Of a DNA stretch of 49,231 nt, positions 1-9,683 are shown piece after piece. This DNA comes from a candidate division CPR3 bacterium 4484_211 (GTDB lineage Bacteria; Patescibacteriota; 4484-211). The position numbers and the translations under genes were made by a program. The stretch spans positions 1 through 49,231 of the forward strand of contig MZGJ01000001.1 in assembly GCA_002084955.1 (NCBI GenBank). Reading direction: 5' to 3'. A model generated the notes under the pieces. The model saw nothing but the letters and a program-made list of their open reading frames with translations, was not told where the DNA came from and did no database searches. Position 1 is the stretch's first letter. Each line of letters begins with the position of its first letter.

Positions 1-130
1 TTTCCAAATTCTAAACACGGGAAAGTTTTGGTCATTTGAGTTTTGGATTTAGAATTTGTTTGTAATTTGTAATTTGGTGCTTGGTCATTGTCATTATGAC
101 TATGACAACTGGGTTGGGCATTTATGACCC
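1..130. repeat. Left copy of a 130-nt inverted repeat (partner 32686..32815). It probably continues beyond the window edge.
   Basis: The reverse complement of 1..130 aligns block by block to 32686..32815 with 3 mismatches (127/130) by manual alignment. Internally it is rich in period-7 mini-repeats (tttgtaa tttgtaa tttggtg). Confidence 0.9.
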
Positions 131-137
131 ATCCCTG

Positions 138-1655
138 CTAGACATTGCGCACCTTCCTTGTTACCCTAAACTCCATATATTTCCCTAACATTAACCGGGT
201 CTGAGATTCAATGGCCGGAATAGTCCCAAAGGTAAGAATAACCACCGGGACAGCAATCCATTGAATATAGCTCAAAAAACGCTTCCAAAGCCCCCACTCA
301 CTCGGCCGCGGAGGAACAATTTTTTCATGAATAAAGACCAGCAAGAAAAGGCCGGCGACAGCCAAGCTAAGAATAAAGCTGGAAAAAAAAGGCATATTAA
401 AAGCCAAAACCGTCGTGGCAAATTTAGGGTTTATAAACTGCAGGATCCAACCTCCAAAACTGATTAAAATCGCCAAAGTAGACCAGGTTAAATAACTCCT
501 GATGATAAAAAGAACCTTATCTGTCTTGTTCCAGAAAGGAATATCCCCCCTTTTAAAATAGCGCTTAACAATCATAGGGATATGCTCCACCCCGTATGCC
601 CAGCGCCTCAACTGCAAATATTGCTCCTTTAAACTCCCCGCCAAAGTCTCCGTCTGCACCGTGTCGGCAAATATAGAGATAAAGTGAGGAACAACCTTGT
701 AATCCCCGGCAAAATGATAATACGCCCGCCAATAGAACTCCCCGTCGTCATTTACCTTGTCCACTACCCAATAATCCATCTCCACAAGGCTTAACAGATT
801 AATGGAATGACTGCTAAAATTAAAGTATTTATTTGACCCGGTCATTTCGGAAAGCTGCCAAAAAGAAACTCCGGAAGCTACCAGTCTATTAAGGAGCGGC
901 GCCTGCCAGAAATTATTGTAATACCAAAATATCCCCGTGAACGTCTTCTTCTCGGGATGTGGAGTGGTCAGGTATTTATAAGTCAGCCCGCTTAAAAATT
1001 TACTATGGGCAACAAAATCCGCATCCAGGGTGGTTAAAATTATCTGCCGCGGATCCAAGCCCATATCCCGCAGTTTGGGCAAAGTCTGTTTCAACGCCCA
1101 GGTGCGATTGGATCCCGGACCCGGATGATGACCAGGGTAGTCTTTAGGATGGATCGTGAAAAAGATTTTCTTAAATTTGCCCTTAAATTTGGCTTTTATT
1201 TCCAATTCCTTAGCCTTTAAAATATCTCTTCCCTCTCTCTCTTCCCAGGCAACCAGAACCATAATCTTCTCGTGCGGAAAAGTCTGACGGGCAATGGCGG
1301 CAATATTCTGGATTAAAATCTCCACCGGCTCTTTATAGGTGGGAATTACCAGGAGGTGATAAATATCCTCCCACCCGCAGTCTCTGCCGTAAGTAGTCAC
1401 CCTGGGAGAATCCTTTTTTAATTCTCCGAGCCAGTCTGTACTCTCCGCCTTCTTCATCTTTTTAAAACCCAAGTAGGAGAATAGCGCAATGCGCAAAGCC
1501 TTATAGCACCAATAAACATCCAAAAATAAAATTACTCCGGCCATAAAAGCCGGAAGTTTTAATGTCAGCCACAAAGGGCTGGTAAGGACAATCCAGGTTA
1601 AAGCCCCGGGGAAAATCTCAAGAAGGCGGGTTGTCAGGCGATGAAAATTAGGCAT
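138..1655 (-). CDS. Membrane glycosyltransferase, family 2 (processive, cellulose/chitin-synthase-like)
   Basis: 505-aa ORF with N- and C-terminal hydrophobic segments. It carries TLDADF (DxD-like) and the QLRRWAYG (QxxRW) motif typical of processive GT2 enzymes. Confidence 0.7.
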   Translation of the reverse strand: MPNFHRLTTRLLEIFPGALTWIVLTSPLWLTLKLPAFMAGVILFLDVYWCYKALRIALFSYLGFKKMKKAESTDWLGELKKDSPRVTTYGRDCGWEDIYHLLVIPTYKEPVEILIQNIAAIARQTFPHEKIMVLVAWEEREGRDILKAKELEIKAKFKGKFKKIFFTIHPKDYPGHHPGPGSNRTWALKQTLPKLRDMGLDPRQIILTTLDADFVAHSKFLSGLTYKYLTTPHPEKKTFTGIFWYYNNFWQAPLLNRLVASGVSFWQLSEMTGSNKYFNFSSHSINLLSLVEMDYWVVDKVNDDGEFYWRAYYHFAGDYKVVPHFISIFADTVQTETLAGSLKEQYLQLRRWAYGVEHIPMIVKRYFKRGDIPFWNKTDKVLFIIRSYLTWSTLAILISFGGWILQFINPKFATTVLAFNMPFFSSFILSLAVAGLFLLVFIHEKIVPPRPSEWGLWKRFLSYIQWIAVPVVILTFGTIPAIESQTRLMLGKYMEFRVTRKVRNV

Positions 1656-1725
1656 GGCAATTTATCGGCCGTAAGTATTAAATTTCTACGCTTCTTGGCA
1701 ATAGAATCTGCTGAGGCAAGCGAAA

Positions 1726-2544
1726 TCAGGCTCTTTGGCATTTAGGACACCAAAATGTCCCTCGTCCGTTAATTTTTTTATATTGTATCTTTGAACCACA
1801 TCTTAAACACCTTTCTCCTTTTTTGCCATAGACCTTAAAATGCTCTTGATAGTGACCCAAACTGCCGTCTGTATGTCGATACCATTGATCTGAAGCCCCT
1901 TCATACCTAAAAGCCTCCTTAAGTACCTGCTCCAAAGCATTAAACAAATTTCTTCCCTCCGCCCGGGAGAGAGAATTGGCTCTCCTCTCTGGATGAATTT
2001 TGGCCATCCAAAGAGAATCATTGGCATAAATATTGCCAATGCCGGCTATAACCGTCTGATCCATTAGCAGCGCCTTAATTTTCTTTCCGGAAGACTGAAG
2101 AATTTGATAAAACGAGCTCAAAGACAAATCCCCCAACGGCTCGGGGCCGTACCTGCCTAAAATCTTTGCCAACTCATCCCTATCATTCAGGTAGTGGAGA
2201 TAACCAAATTTCCGTGAACTGGCAAAGCGAAGCTCAGTTCCGTCTTTAAATAAAAAAACTACCCGAACGTATTTATCTTCAATATCCGGAGACTCTCGAA
2301 ACAACAACCTGCCGGAAAGTTTTAGATGACAGATAAAAAAACCACCGGGGGCCAGCTTAAAAATTATCAGCTTGGCTCTTCTCCCAACCTCCTTAATCCT
2401 CTTTCCCTTGACCCCGTTAATAAAAGAAGGCGGCGAGGGTTTGAGCAACTTAGCCGTATCGTACCTTAAGTCTGCAATTATCTTTCCTTCTACTTTTTTT
2501 CTTAACTCCTCCTTAACTATTTCTACTTCGGGCAACTCAGGCAT
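1726..2544 (-). CDS. mutM: Formamidopyrimidine-DNA glycosylase (Fpg/MutM)
   Basis: It has the canonical N-terminus MPELPEVE, so I place the start at the internal Met (2544), not the track start (2616). The C-terminus has a zinc finger, CLRCGSKI...CPKCQ. Confidence 0.85.
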   Translation of the reverse strand: MPELPEVEIVKEELRKKVEGKIIADLRYDTAKLLKPSPPSFINGVKGKRIKEVGRRAKLIIFKLAPGGFFICHLKLSGRLLFRESPDIEDKYVRVVFLFKDGTELRFASSRKFGYLHYLNDRDELAKILGRYGPEPLGDLSLSSFYQILQSSGKKIKALLMDQTVIAGIGNIYANDSLWMAKIHPERRANSLSRAEGRNLFNALEQVLKEAFRYEGASDQWYRHTDGSLGHYQEHFKVYGKKGERCLRCGSKIQYKKINGRGTFWCPKCQRA

Positions 2545-2675
2545 AGCGAAAATGATTATATCACGCACAACCTTCCCCCCGGCAACTGTTTGACAAAAAA
2601 ACATTGCATGACACACTTATCCCATGAAAAATGTATTTATAAAAAGGCAAGTTAGTCCTCTATCTCAACCTTGAT

Positions 2676-3038
2676 GTGGTCACCAACAAAGAAATCGTCA
2701 GAGACCAGACTCAACTTATCCGCTATCTTGAAAACTTTGTGCTCCTCAACATCGAGCCAAAACTGGATTTAATTGACGAAATCAACCACTGGCGGACAAA
2801 AACTAAAGCCGAAGTTAACTTTATAATCAAGCGAGGATTAGACCTTTACCCAGTTGAAGTTAAGGCTCGACAACTCAACCAGCCTGTATACTCCAAAAGC
2901 CTGCGAAGTTTTCTTTCTACCTACCAGCCCAAAAAAGCTTTTGTTATAAATCTATCTTTGGAACAAGAAGACAAAATTGGTCCCACTGAAGTCACCACTC
3001 TCCCCTTCTATCAAAACCCTTTCTCCCCTACTTTATAA
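2676..3038 (+). pseudogene. C-terminal fragment of a DUF4143-type AAA+ ATPase (remnant)
   Basis: The 120-aa ORF lacks any Walker motifs. HWRTKTKAEVNFIIKRGLDLYPVEVKA parallels the C-terminal FWRTYDQKEIDLIEERGGNLYGFEFKW of the full-length ATPase at 11666..12802. It has a non-ATG start. Confidence 0.5.
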
Positions 3039-4251
3039 GATGAAAGGGGATAATTTCCCCCTCCACAAACTTCTTAAACTCTTTCTGAAATCTCTCTTTA
3101 CTAAACTTTTGGGCTTGCTGGCGGCATGCTTTCGCACATTCCTCAGCCCTAAAATAACCCAACGATTCAAACCGCAAAAGAGCATCCATCAGCGAGTTCA
3201 CTGCCGGCTTGTCGAAAAATATTCCCGTCTTTCCCTCCTCAACTGTCTCTGCCACCCCGCCAGACCGCAAAGCAATCACCGGTCTGCCAAAAGACATCGC
3301 CTCCACAGGAACAATCCCAAAATCTTCCTCTAAACCAGAAAAGATTAACGCCCGGCAGCCAGCGTAAAGCCCGGCCAACTTTTGGTCGGAAACGAACCCC
3401 GTAAACTCCACCGGCGCACCTAATTTTTTGACCAACTTCTTTAATCTCCCCTCCTCCGGCCCGGCACCAACAACCTTCAGCGGACGATTTAACCGTGCAC
3501 AAGCCCGTATGACCAGACCAATATTCTTATAAGCAGATAGCCGAGAAACCACCAAATAGTAATTCGCCGGCAAGGCAGATTCCCCAAAGCCAGACTTTTT
3601 CTCAGAGCCCGGCTCTGAGGGTATTTTAAGAGCCGGGCTCTGATCCCCAAAGGTCTGGCTTTCTGCTTCCTTCTCCCGCCAACCACTTGCCAACTCTACC
3701 GGCGGATAAATCACCTTGGCTTCTCTTCGATACCATTTCTTAATCCTCCCGGCCACATTCTGTGAATTGGCCACAAAAAAATCTACCCTCTGCGCCGCGG
3801 TAAAATCCCATACTCTTAAGTAAAAATCCAACAGGGCCAAGACCGGCCGCCAAAACCAGTGCTGTCGGCGGTTGGTTTCTGTCGGCAGATGGTACAAAAA
3901 ACGCGGAGGCGTGTGACAGTAATTAATATGAACTTGGTTAGATCTGGTAATTATTCCCTTGGCAAAATTAGCCGAAGAAGAGATAACCAAGTCGTACCGA
4001 GACAGATCAAAACTTTCAAAAACCAGAGGAAGGCAAAAACTAAAGTATTTATAAAACGAGCCGATAATTGGCAGGTTCAACCAGCGAGGATAAAAAATTA
4101 ACTCTTTGGGCAAGTTCAACTGTTCGACCACTCGCCAGTCTACCAAGGTGGTGTAAATAGGAGCCTCAGGCCATATCTCATGCATCGCCTGTAAAGTTTT
4201 TTCCGCTCCCCCAAACTGATTAAGATAGTCATGAACAAAGCAAAGGTTCAT
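3028..4251 (-). CDS. Glycosyltransferase, family 4 (GT-B fold)
   Basis: It carries EDFGIVPVEAMSFGRPVIA (the E-x7-E motif region of GT4/GT1 enzymes). Its start overlaps the polA stop by 4 nt, which suggests co-transcription. Confidence 0.8.
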   Translation of the reverse strand: MNLCFVHDYLNQFGGAEKTLQAMHEIWPEAPIYTTLVDWRVVEQLNLPKELIFYPRWLNLPIIGSFYKYFSFCLPLVFESFDLSRYDLVISSSANFAKGIITRSNQVHINYCHTPPRFLYHLPTETNRRQHWFWRPVLALLDFYLRVWDFTAAQRVDFFVANSQNVAGRIKKWYRREAKVIYPPVELASGWREKEAESQTFGDQSPALKIPSEPGSEKKSGFGESALPANYYLVVSRLSAYKNIGLVIRACARLNRPLKVVGAGPEEGRLKKLVKKLGAPVEFTGFVSDQKLAGLYAGCRALIFSGLEEDFGIVPVEAMSFGRPVIALRSGGVAETVEEGKTGIFFDKPAVNSLMDALLRFESLGYFRAEECAKACRQQAQKFSKERFQKEFKKFVEGEIIPFHLIK

Positions 4252-6848
4252 TCTTCCAACAACTTCATCTCTCCCCAGTTATCCCCCACAGTTAAATCCA
4301 CCTTTAGGGGGACTGCCAGATCGGCCACCGATTCCATTACCCCCTTAACCTTTTTGGCTAACTCCCGCACCTGATCTTGAGGAACTTCAAATAAAAGTTC
4401 GTCATGAATCTGCAGGATTAAAGAAGACCGATTCTTAGACCGCGAATTAAATTTCGTTAATAAATCGGCTATTTCCACCATCGCCTTTTTTATTAAATCA
4501 GCCGCCGTCCCCTGCACCGGATGATTAACGGCCATTCGCTCCGCCCCACTACGTATATAGTCCCTTGGTGAATTAATATCTGGAATGTTTCTCTTTCTTC
4601 CCCATAATGTTTTAACAAAACCATATCTTCTGGCTTCCTCTATTTTTTCTTCACCAAATTTTTTTACGCGAGGGTATTGATTAAAATACTGGTCTATAAA
4701 ACGTTTCGCTCGATGTTGATCGATACCCAGCTCTTCACTCAGTCCATAGGCGCTCATTCCATAAATTACACCAAAATTAACCGTCTTTGCCACATGACGC
4801 TGATTGGGGGTAACATCGCCCACAAAACAATTAAAAATGCGCGCCGCAGTTGCCGTATGAATATCCTGGTCTTTTTCAAAGGAAGCCAACAGGCGCTCAT
4901 CTTTAGAAAAATGAGCCACCAATCTCAGTTCTATCTGCGAATAATCGGCACTCAATAGTTTATAGCCTTCTGGAGCAATAAAAGCTTTACGGACATTTTC
5001 CTCCATCCCCAAATATCCCCCCCGGCCTCCTCGAGGAATATTCTGTAAATTAGGATCCTGGCACGACAACCTTCCCGTAGCCGTCCTGGCCTGATTAAAA
5101 GTTGGATGCACCCGGCCATCGGCACCCAGCCGCTCTAAAATTGAATCCACGTAGGTGGATTTAAGCTTAAACAGCCAACGATATTTTAAAATCTTCTCAA
5201 TAACCGGATGGCTCCCCTTTAACTTTTTTAAAACCGACTCATCCGTAGAACGCTGTCGAGTAGGCGTACGTTTAAACGACGAAAGCTTTAATTTATCAAA
5301 TAGAATTTCCTCCAACTGCCGAGGTGAATTTAAATTAATCTCCTCCCCAACCATTTCATAAATCATCTTCTCTGTTTTTGCAATTCGCTCTCCCAATTCC
5401 TTGCCCAACCTAGTTAAAAAGGAACGATCGACTTCTATTCCTCTTTGCTCCATGGCCAACAAAACAAAAACCAAAGGCATCTCCAGAAAATAAAACAGCT
5501 CTTTTTCCTGCCGATTTTCCTCCAAATCAAGTTTAGCCTGCAGTTTTTTCTTTAACTCAAAAACTTTCCGGACGCTCTGAACAGCGGTCTCCTCCTTTCG
5601 GCTTCCCGTCTCCTCCCATTTTTCTCCTCTGCCTAAAAGGCCAACAGCTATCCGGGGATCAAACAACGGAGGCTTAACCAAGACTCCCCTGCCAGACAAC
5701 AACTTAATCTGCTCCTTAGCATCAAGGGCAATTTTCTCCACCTCTTCGTTATTAAAAAGAGCTCTTGCCTCTGCAGGGACATCAGGATAAACCGATACCC
5801 GATAACCATCACACAACGCCAAGCAGAATTCATCCGCTTCCTCTCGCGCCAAAAAGGACACCTCGCGAGACTTAAAAGAAACTGCAGTCGGATAAACAGA
5901 TCCCTCCCGACGACTCGCCGAGGAAACAAAGAGCTCTCCCTGTTTCGCCACAGCTTCCCCAACCCCCAATGACACCCTCTTAAAAAGACTGTGAAACCCA
6001 AGATTCTCAAACAGCTTTTTAATTTTATTCAATCTTATCTGAGGCACCAAACACTGCTTAAGAGAAAAAGGAAAGTCTACATTTCGCCTAATATAGGCCA
6101 ATTCTCTGGACAATAGCGCTTTCTCTCTGCAACTGCTAAGCTTAGCTCTCCACCTGCCGGGTATTTTATCCAAGTGATTATAGATGTCAAAAAGGTCTCT
6201 ATAGAGGGAAAGTAAATGTGAGGCAGTTTTAGATCCCACTCCCTTAACTCCCGGTATATTATCAGAAGTATCCCCCACCAAGGCTTTATAGTCCACCAAT
6301 TTCTCCGGAGGAATTTTATACCGCTCCCTCACCCTTTGGACATCATAGACCACCATATTAGAGAGTCCTTTTCTAGGGGTATAAACCTTCACCCGGTCAC
6401 TTACCAACTGCAGCAGATCTAAATCCCCCGTTAAAATAACCACCTGCGATTTATCTCTTGATTCCTGAGTTTTGAATTCCGACTCCTGAATCCTTTTAAC
6501 TATAGTTCCAATAAGATCGTCTGCTTCATAGCCATCCGCTTCGTATCTCCTAAATCCAAAGGCATCAACAATCTCCTTAACCAGATCAATCTGAGAAATC
6601 AGCTCTTTATCCAATTTCGGGCGCTGTATCTTATAATCGGCAAACTGCCGATGGCGAAATGTCGGCGCCCGGGTATCAAAAGCCACCACCAAATAATCCG
6701 GGCTAAACTTATTCAGAGCCTTCAGAAGCATCGAGGTGAATCCGTATGCCGCCCCGGTGGGACGGCCGTCAGGAGCAGTTAACGGCGGGAGAGCATGGTA
6801 GGCACGGTGCAGGAGAGAATTTCCGTCAACAAGAAGAAAGGTGGACAC
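4248..6848 (-). CDS. polA: DNA polymerase I
   Basis: 866 aa. It has a 5'-3' exonuclease N-terminus (LLVDGNSLLHRAYHA) and polymerase motifs ADYSQIELR, RHVAKTVNFGVIYG and QIHDELLFE. The start codon is GTG. Confidence 0.95.
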   Translation of the reverse strand: MSTFLLVDGNSLLHRAYHALPPLTAPDGRPTGAAYGFTSMLLKALNKFSPDYLVVAFDTRAPTFRHRQFADYKIQRPKLDKELISQIDLVKEIVDAFGFRRYEADGYEADDLIGTIVKRIQESEFKTQESRDKSQVVILTGDLDLLQLVSDRVKVYTPRKGLSNMVVYDVQRVRERYKIPPEKLVDYKALVGDTSDNIPGVKGVGSKTASHLLSLYRDLFDIYNHLDKIPGRWRAKLSSCREKALLSRELAYIRRNVDFPFSLKQCLVPQIRLNKIKKLFENLGFHSLFKRVSLGVGEAVAKQGELFVSSASRREGSVYPTAVSFKSREVSFLAREEADEFCLALCDGYRVSVYPDVPAEARALFNNEEVEKIALDAKEQIKLLSGRGVLVKPPLFDPRIAVGLLGRGEKWEETGSRKEETAVQSVRKVFELKKKLQAKLDLEENRQEKELFYFLEMPLVFVLLAMEQRGIEVDRSFLTRLGKELGERIAKTEKMIYEMVGEEINLNSPRQLEEILFDKLKLSSFKRTPTRQRSTDESVLKKLKGSHPVIEKILKYRWLFKLKSTYVDSILERLGADGRVHPTFNQARTATGRLSCQDPNLQNIPRGGRGGYLGMEENVRKAFIAPEGYKLLSADYSQIELRLVAHFSKDERLLASFEKDQDIHTATAARIFNCFVGDVTPNQRHVAKTVNFGVIYGMSAYGLSEELGIDQHRAKRFIDQYFNQYPRVKKFGEEKIEEARRYGFVKTLWGRKRNIPDINSPRDYIRSGAERMAVNHPVQGTAADLIKKAMVEIADLLTKFNSRSKNRSSLILQIHDELLFEVPQDQVRELAKKVKGVMESVADLAVPLKVDLTVGDNWGEMKLLEE

Positions 6849-6852
6849 GGGA

Positions 6853-6951
6853 AAGTTAAAAGTGAAAAATTAAAAATTACAGCCCCCCTCATAGTTTTCC
6901 AGCCTTTAACTCTTAAGCCTCAATTTTTCACTTTTCATTTTTCATTTTTCA
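6853..6951. repeat. polA-ftsH intergenic spacer with period-7 A/T tracts and an inverted repeat
   Basis: 6853..6880 reads AAAGTTA AAAGTGA AAAATTA AAAATTA, ending 4 nt before the polA GTG on the minus strand. 6924..6951 reads TTTTTCA CTTTTCA TTTTTCA TTTTTCA across the ftsH stop. aagtgaaaaatt and aatttttcactt form a perfect 12-nt inverted pair around a ~45-nt loop. Confidence 0.8.
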
Positions 6952-8789
6952 TTTTTATCTTTTTTAATTAATTTTTTAAATTCTTTCCCATCAATTGTTT
7001 CCTTTTCTATCAGTTTCTGAGCCACTCGGTCCAGAGCCGTCTTTCTTTCGGTAAGAATCTCGCGAGCTTGCCTATAGGCATCATCCAAAATCTTTTTCAC
7101 CTGTTCATCTATTTCGGAAGCGCTTCTGTCCGAAAGCACATGACGCTTGCCCAAAAAGCCGCCATAATCTGCCTGGTCTATTTCACCATAATGCCAGTTT
7201 AAAGGCCCCAGGTCACTCATGCCGTACTGAGTCACCATCTCGTAGGCCAGCTTCGTTGCCTTTTCCAAATCAGAGGAAGCTCCAACCGTCATTTCATGAC
7301 AGGCAATTTGCTCCGCCGCTCTCCCGCCCATAAAAGAAGTAATCATTTCCAAAAGGCGCGTCTTGGTCATATGATATCGATCAATTTTGGGAGGAATCAT
7401 GGTAAAGCCCAGGGCCAAGCCGCGAGCGACAATAGAAACCCGGTGCACCGGATCCATATGAGGCAGGCTTGAGGCAACAATGGCGTGGCCGGCCTCATGA
7501 TATGCGGTTAGTTTTTTATCTTCTTCAGATTGCAGGCGCCTTCTCTCCGGGCCCAACTTCACCTTGGTTGCGGCTTCCTCCAAATCTGCCGAAGAAATCT
7601 CCTTTTTCCCTTGGCGGGCGGCCGCAATAGCCGCCTCATTCAACATATTTTCAATATCCGCCCCCGAAAAACCCACCGTCCTCTGCGCCAGGGAATTGAT
7701 ATCTACATCCTTGGCAAAAGGCTTGCCTTTCATATGGATTGCCAAGATACCCTTCCGTCCCTCAATATCGGGCAGCTGCAGAATAATACGGCGGTCAAAC
7801 CGCCCAGGCCGGGTTAGGGCCGGATCCAAGAGATCCGGCCTATTAGAAGCGCCGACAACCACCACTCTGTCCCGCGGAGTAAATCCATCCATTTCCACCA
7901 ATATTTGATTTAAGGTCTGCTCCTGCTCACCGTGAGAACCGGTAAACCCAAAACCTCGGTGCCGACCGATTGATTCTATTTCGTCAATAAAAATTATTGA
8001 AGGTGCATGACGTTTAGCTGTGGCAAATAGGTCACGAACCCTGGAGGCCCCTACCCCCACCAGCATCTCCATAAACTCCGACCCTGCGATGCTAAAAAAG
8101 GGCACCCCGGCCTCTCCGGCAACGGCTCTCGCCAATAGAGTTTTTCCTGTTCCGGCAGGGCCTAAAAGCAAAACCCCTTTGGGAATGCGGGCTCCCAACT
8201 TGGCATATTTCTGAGGATTCTTAAGAAAGTCAACAATTTCCCAAAGCTCCCTTTTTGCCTCGTCCACCCCGGCGGCGTCTTTAAAACTTATGTGCGGCTG
8301 ATCCCGTGAAAAGAGCTTTGCCGTGGATTTGCCAAAAGAAAAAACCGAACCCGCCGCCCGTCTACCCTCCCGCGAAAGAATCCAAAAAAAGGCAACCATA
8401 ATAATAACGGGCAGAAAGTTAGAAATAATCCCCACCCACACTCCCCAGGGGTCGGGATTCTTTATCTCAATTTTCACCAACTCCTCCGGGGACTCCACCC
8501 CGCTATCTGCCAGAAGGGAAAACAAAGAATCTGTAGCTTCTTTGCGCGACTCCGCCGTGGTTCCATCGCGATAGAAAATTTCCAATTGGTTCCCCTGTAC
8601 GGCAACTTTTTCCACCCTACCCTGCTTAATATCTGCCAAAACTTGGGAAAGTTGGACCTGATTAGCCGATTTGTAGGGAGAGGAAAATTGAAAATACAAA
8701 AAAAGAGCCGCTATTGCCAAGAAAACATAAATTAAAAAGGCCTGCAGCAGCCTGCCCCAGCCAGGCTGATTTTTTTTATTTTTAGGCAT
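6942..8789 (-). CDS. ftsH: ATP-dependent zinc metalloprotease FtsH
   Basis: It has an N-terminal TM pair, Walker A GPAGTGKT, the AAA second region of homology, and the zinc motif HEAGHAI. Confidence 0.95.
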   Translation of the reverse strand: MPKNKKNQPGWGRLLQAFLIYVFLAIAALFLYFQFSSPYKSANQVQLSQVLADIKQGRVEKVAVQGNQLEIFYRDGTTAESRKEATDSLFSLLADSGVESPEELVKIEIKNPDPWGVWVGIISNFLPVIIMVAFFWILSREGRRAAGSVFSFGKSTAKLFSRDQPHISFKDAAGVDEAKRELWEIVDFLKNPQKYAKLGARIPKGVLLLGPAGTGKTLLARAVAGEAGVPFFSIAGSEFMEMLVGVGASRVRDLFATAKRHAPSIIFIDEIESIGRHRGFGFTGSHGEQEQTLNQILVEMDGFTPRDRVVVVGASNRPDLLDPALTRPGRFDRRIILQLPDIEGRKGILAIHMKGKPFAKDVDINSLAQRTVGFSGADIENMLNEAAIAAARQGKKEISSADLEEAATKVKLGPERRRLQSEEDKKLTAYHEAGHAIVASSLPHMDPVHRVSIVARGLALGFTMIPPKIDRYHMTKTRLLEMITSFMGGRAAEQIACHEMTVGASSDLEKATKLAYEMVTQYGMSDLGPLNWHYGEIDQADYGGFLGKRHVLSDRSASEIDEQVKKILDDAYRQAREILTERKTALDRVAQKLIEKETIDGKEFKKLIKKDKNEK

Positions 8790-8832
8790 ACATCTATTTT
8801 AACACGAAGTTCCACCTTTTGTGCCCTGCCAA

Positions 8833-8841
8833 TGTTATAAT
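8833..8841 (+). promoter_or_regulatory. Candidate extended -10 promoter (TGtTATAAT) for the ftsB-like gene
   Basis: tgtTATAAT lies at 8833..8841. It is followed by a perfect 7-bp hairpin, CCAGACT-cagca-AGTCTGG (8862..8880), in the leader. No good -35 is present. Confidence 0.35.
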
Positions 8842-8924
8842 GGAATACGGAATTCGCCCGCCCAGACTCAGCAAGTCTGGTTTGGCACTGCCAGAGGCAT
8901 TAAAGCAGGCTCGTTGTTAAAATT

Positions 8925-9287
8925 ATGTTTCTCAAAAAAAAATTTCTCCCCTTTTTATTTTTGCTAGGAAGCATAGTCACCATCATTAGCCTGAGCAGGT
9001 CGGTTATCAGAACCTACCGAAGAGAGAGTCGTTTATCTAACCTAAGAAAAGAAGTTGCCCTCGCCGAAGAAAAAATTAAGGAATTAAGCCAAAAAGTTCA
9101 AGAACAGGAAAACGACCAATTTGTTGAACAGCAGGCCAGAGATAAACTGAACATGGCCAAACCCGGCGAAAAAATTGTCATCGTCAATAAAGAGCAAACA
9201 AGCCAGGAACAGCAGATATTGGGCCAGGCAACAGAAAATCTAAACACCAATTTGGCCAAGTGGCACTACCTTTTCTTTGGCCATTAA
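8925..9287 (+). CDS. Septum formation initiator-like protein (FtsB/DivIC family)
   Basis: It has a single N-terminal TM segment, a coiled-coil stretch, and ARDKLNMAKPGEKIVIV, which resembles the conserved FtsB/DivIC C-terminal segment. Confidence 0.55.
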   Translation: MFLKKKFLPFLFLLGSIVTIISLSRSVIRTYRRESRLSNLRKEVALAEEKIKELSQKVQEQENDQFVEQQARDKLNMAKPGEKIVIVNKEQTSQEQQILGQATENLNTNLAKWHYLFFGH

Positions 9288-9311
9288 AACCCGCCTCTCT
9301 CCATATACCCG

Positions 9312-9340
9312 TTCCCAATTTTGCCCATTTTTGTTATACT
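9312..9340 (+). promoter_or_regulatory. Candidate sigma70-type promoter for the tRNA (CAU) at 9347
   Basis: TTCCCA-17 nt-TATACT. The -10 ends 6 nt before the mature tRNA 5' end. Confidence 0.4.
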
Positions 9341-9346
9341 GCAAAG

Positions 9347-9422
9347 TGCGGGGAAGTGTAACGGTTTGCACACGAGGCTCATAACCTCGAGGTAGCGGGT
9401 TCAATTCCCGCCCCCGCAACCA
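9347..9422 (+). tRNA. tRNA with anticodon CAU (elongator Met or lysidine-type Ile2), CCA encoded
   Basis: Manual cloverleaf: acceptor TGCGGGG/CCCCGCA, D stem GTGT/GCAC, anticodon arm CGAGG-CTCATAA-CCTCG, T arm GCGGG-TTCAATT-CCCGC, discriminator A, CCA. 76 nt. Confidence 0.85.
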
Positions 9423-9482
9423 CGAACCACGCTGGGTTCATAGCTTTGCCACAAGAAGGCACGAAGCTCTCGTCTGGTTCAT

Positions 9483-9517
9483 GCGGTGAACTCTAGCTCA
9501 CCGCTCATTTAATTTTT
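9483..9517 (+). terminator. Candidate intrinsic terminator after the first CAU tRNA
   Basis: GCGGTGA-actctagc-TCACCGC, followed by the T-rich tcatttaattttt. Confidence 0.4.
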
Positions 9518-9606
9518 AACAAATCTGGATTTAGTCCTGCGCTTGTATGTGGATCTCAAGCAACTAGCAAAGAACTTCACTGCGCTTGTTTTTGATAGTT
9601 TTATAC

Positions 9607-9683
9607 GGCAGGGTAGCTCAGTCGGTTAGAGCAGAGGACTCATAAGCCTCAGGTCGTGGGTTCGATCCCCACCCCTGCTACCA
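9607..9683 (+). tRNA. tRNA with anticodon CAU (second copy; Met or Ile2), CCA encoded
   Basis: Acceptor GGCAGGG/CCCTGCT (G1-U72), D arm GCTC-AGTCGGTTA-GAGC, anticodon arm GAGGA-CTCATAA-GCCTC (31-39 mismatch), T arm GTGGG-TTCGATC-CCCAC, discriminator A, CCA. 77 nt. Confidence 0.85.

Noticed and set aside
2545-2616. 24-aa extension upstream of the Fpg N-terminus
   Set aside because: Fpg requires the processed N-terminal Pro of MPELPEVE as the catalytic residue, so an extension is implausible.
9347-9683. Calling one of the CAU tRNAs the initiator tRNA-fMet
   Set aside because: Neither has the 1:72 mismatch (they have U1-A72 and G1-U72) or three consecutive G-C pairs at the base of the anticodon stem.
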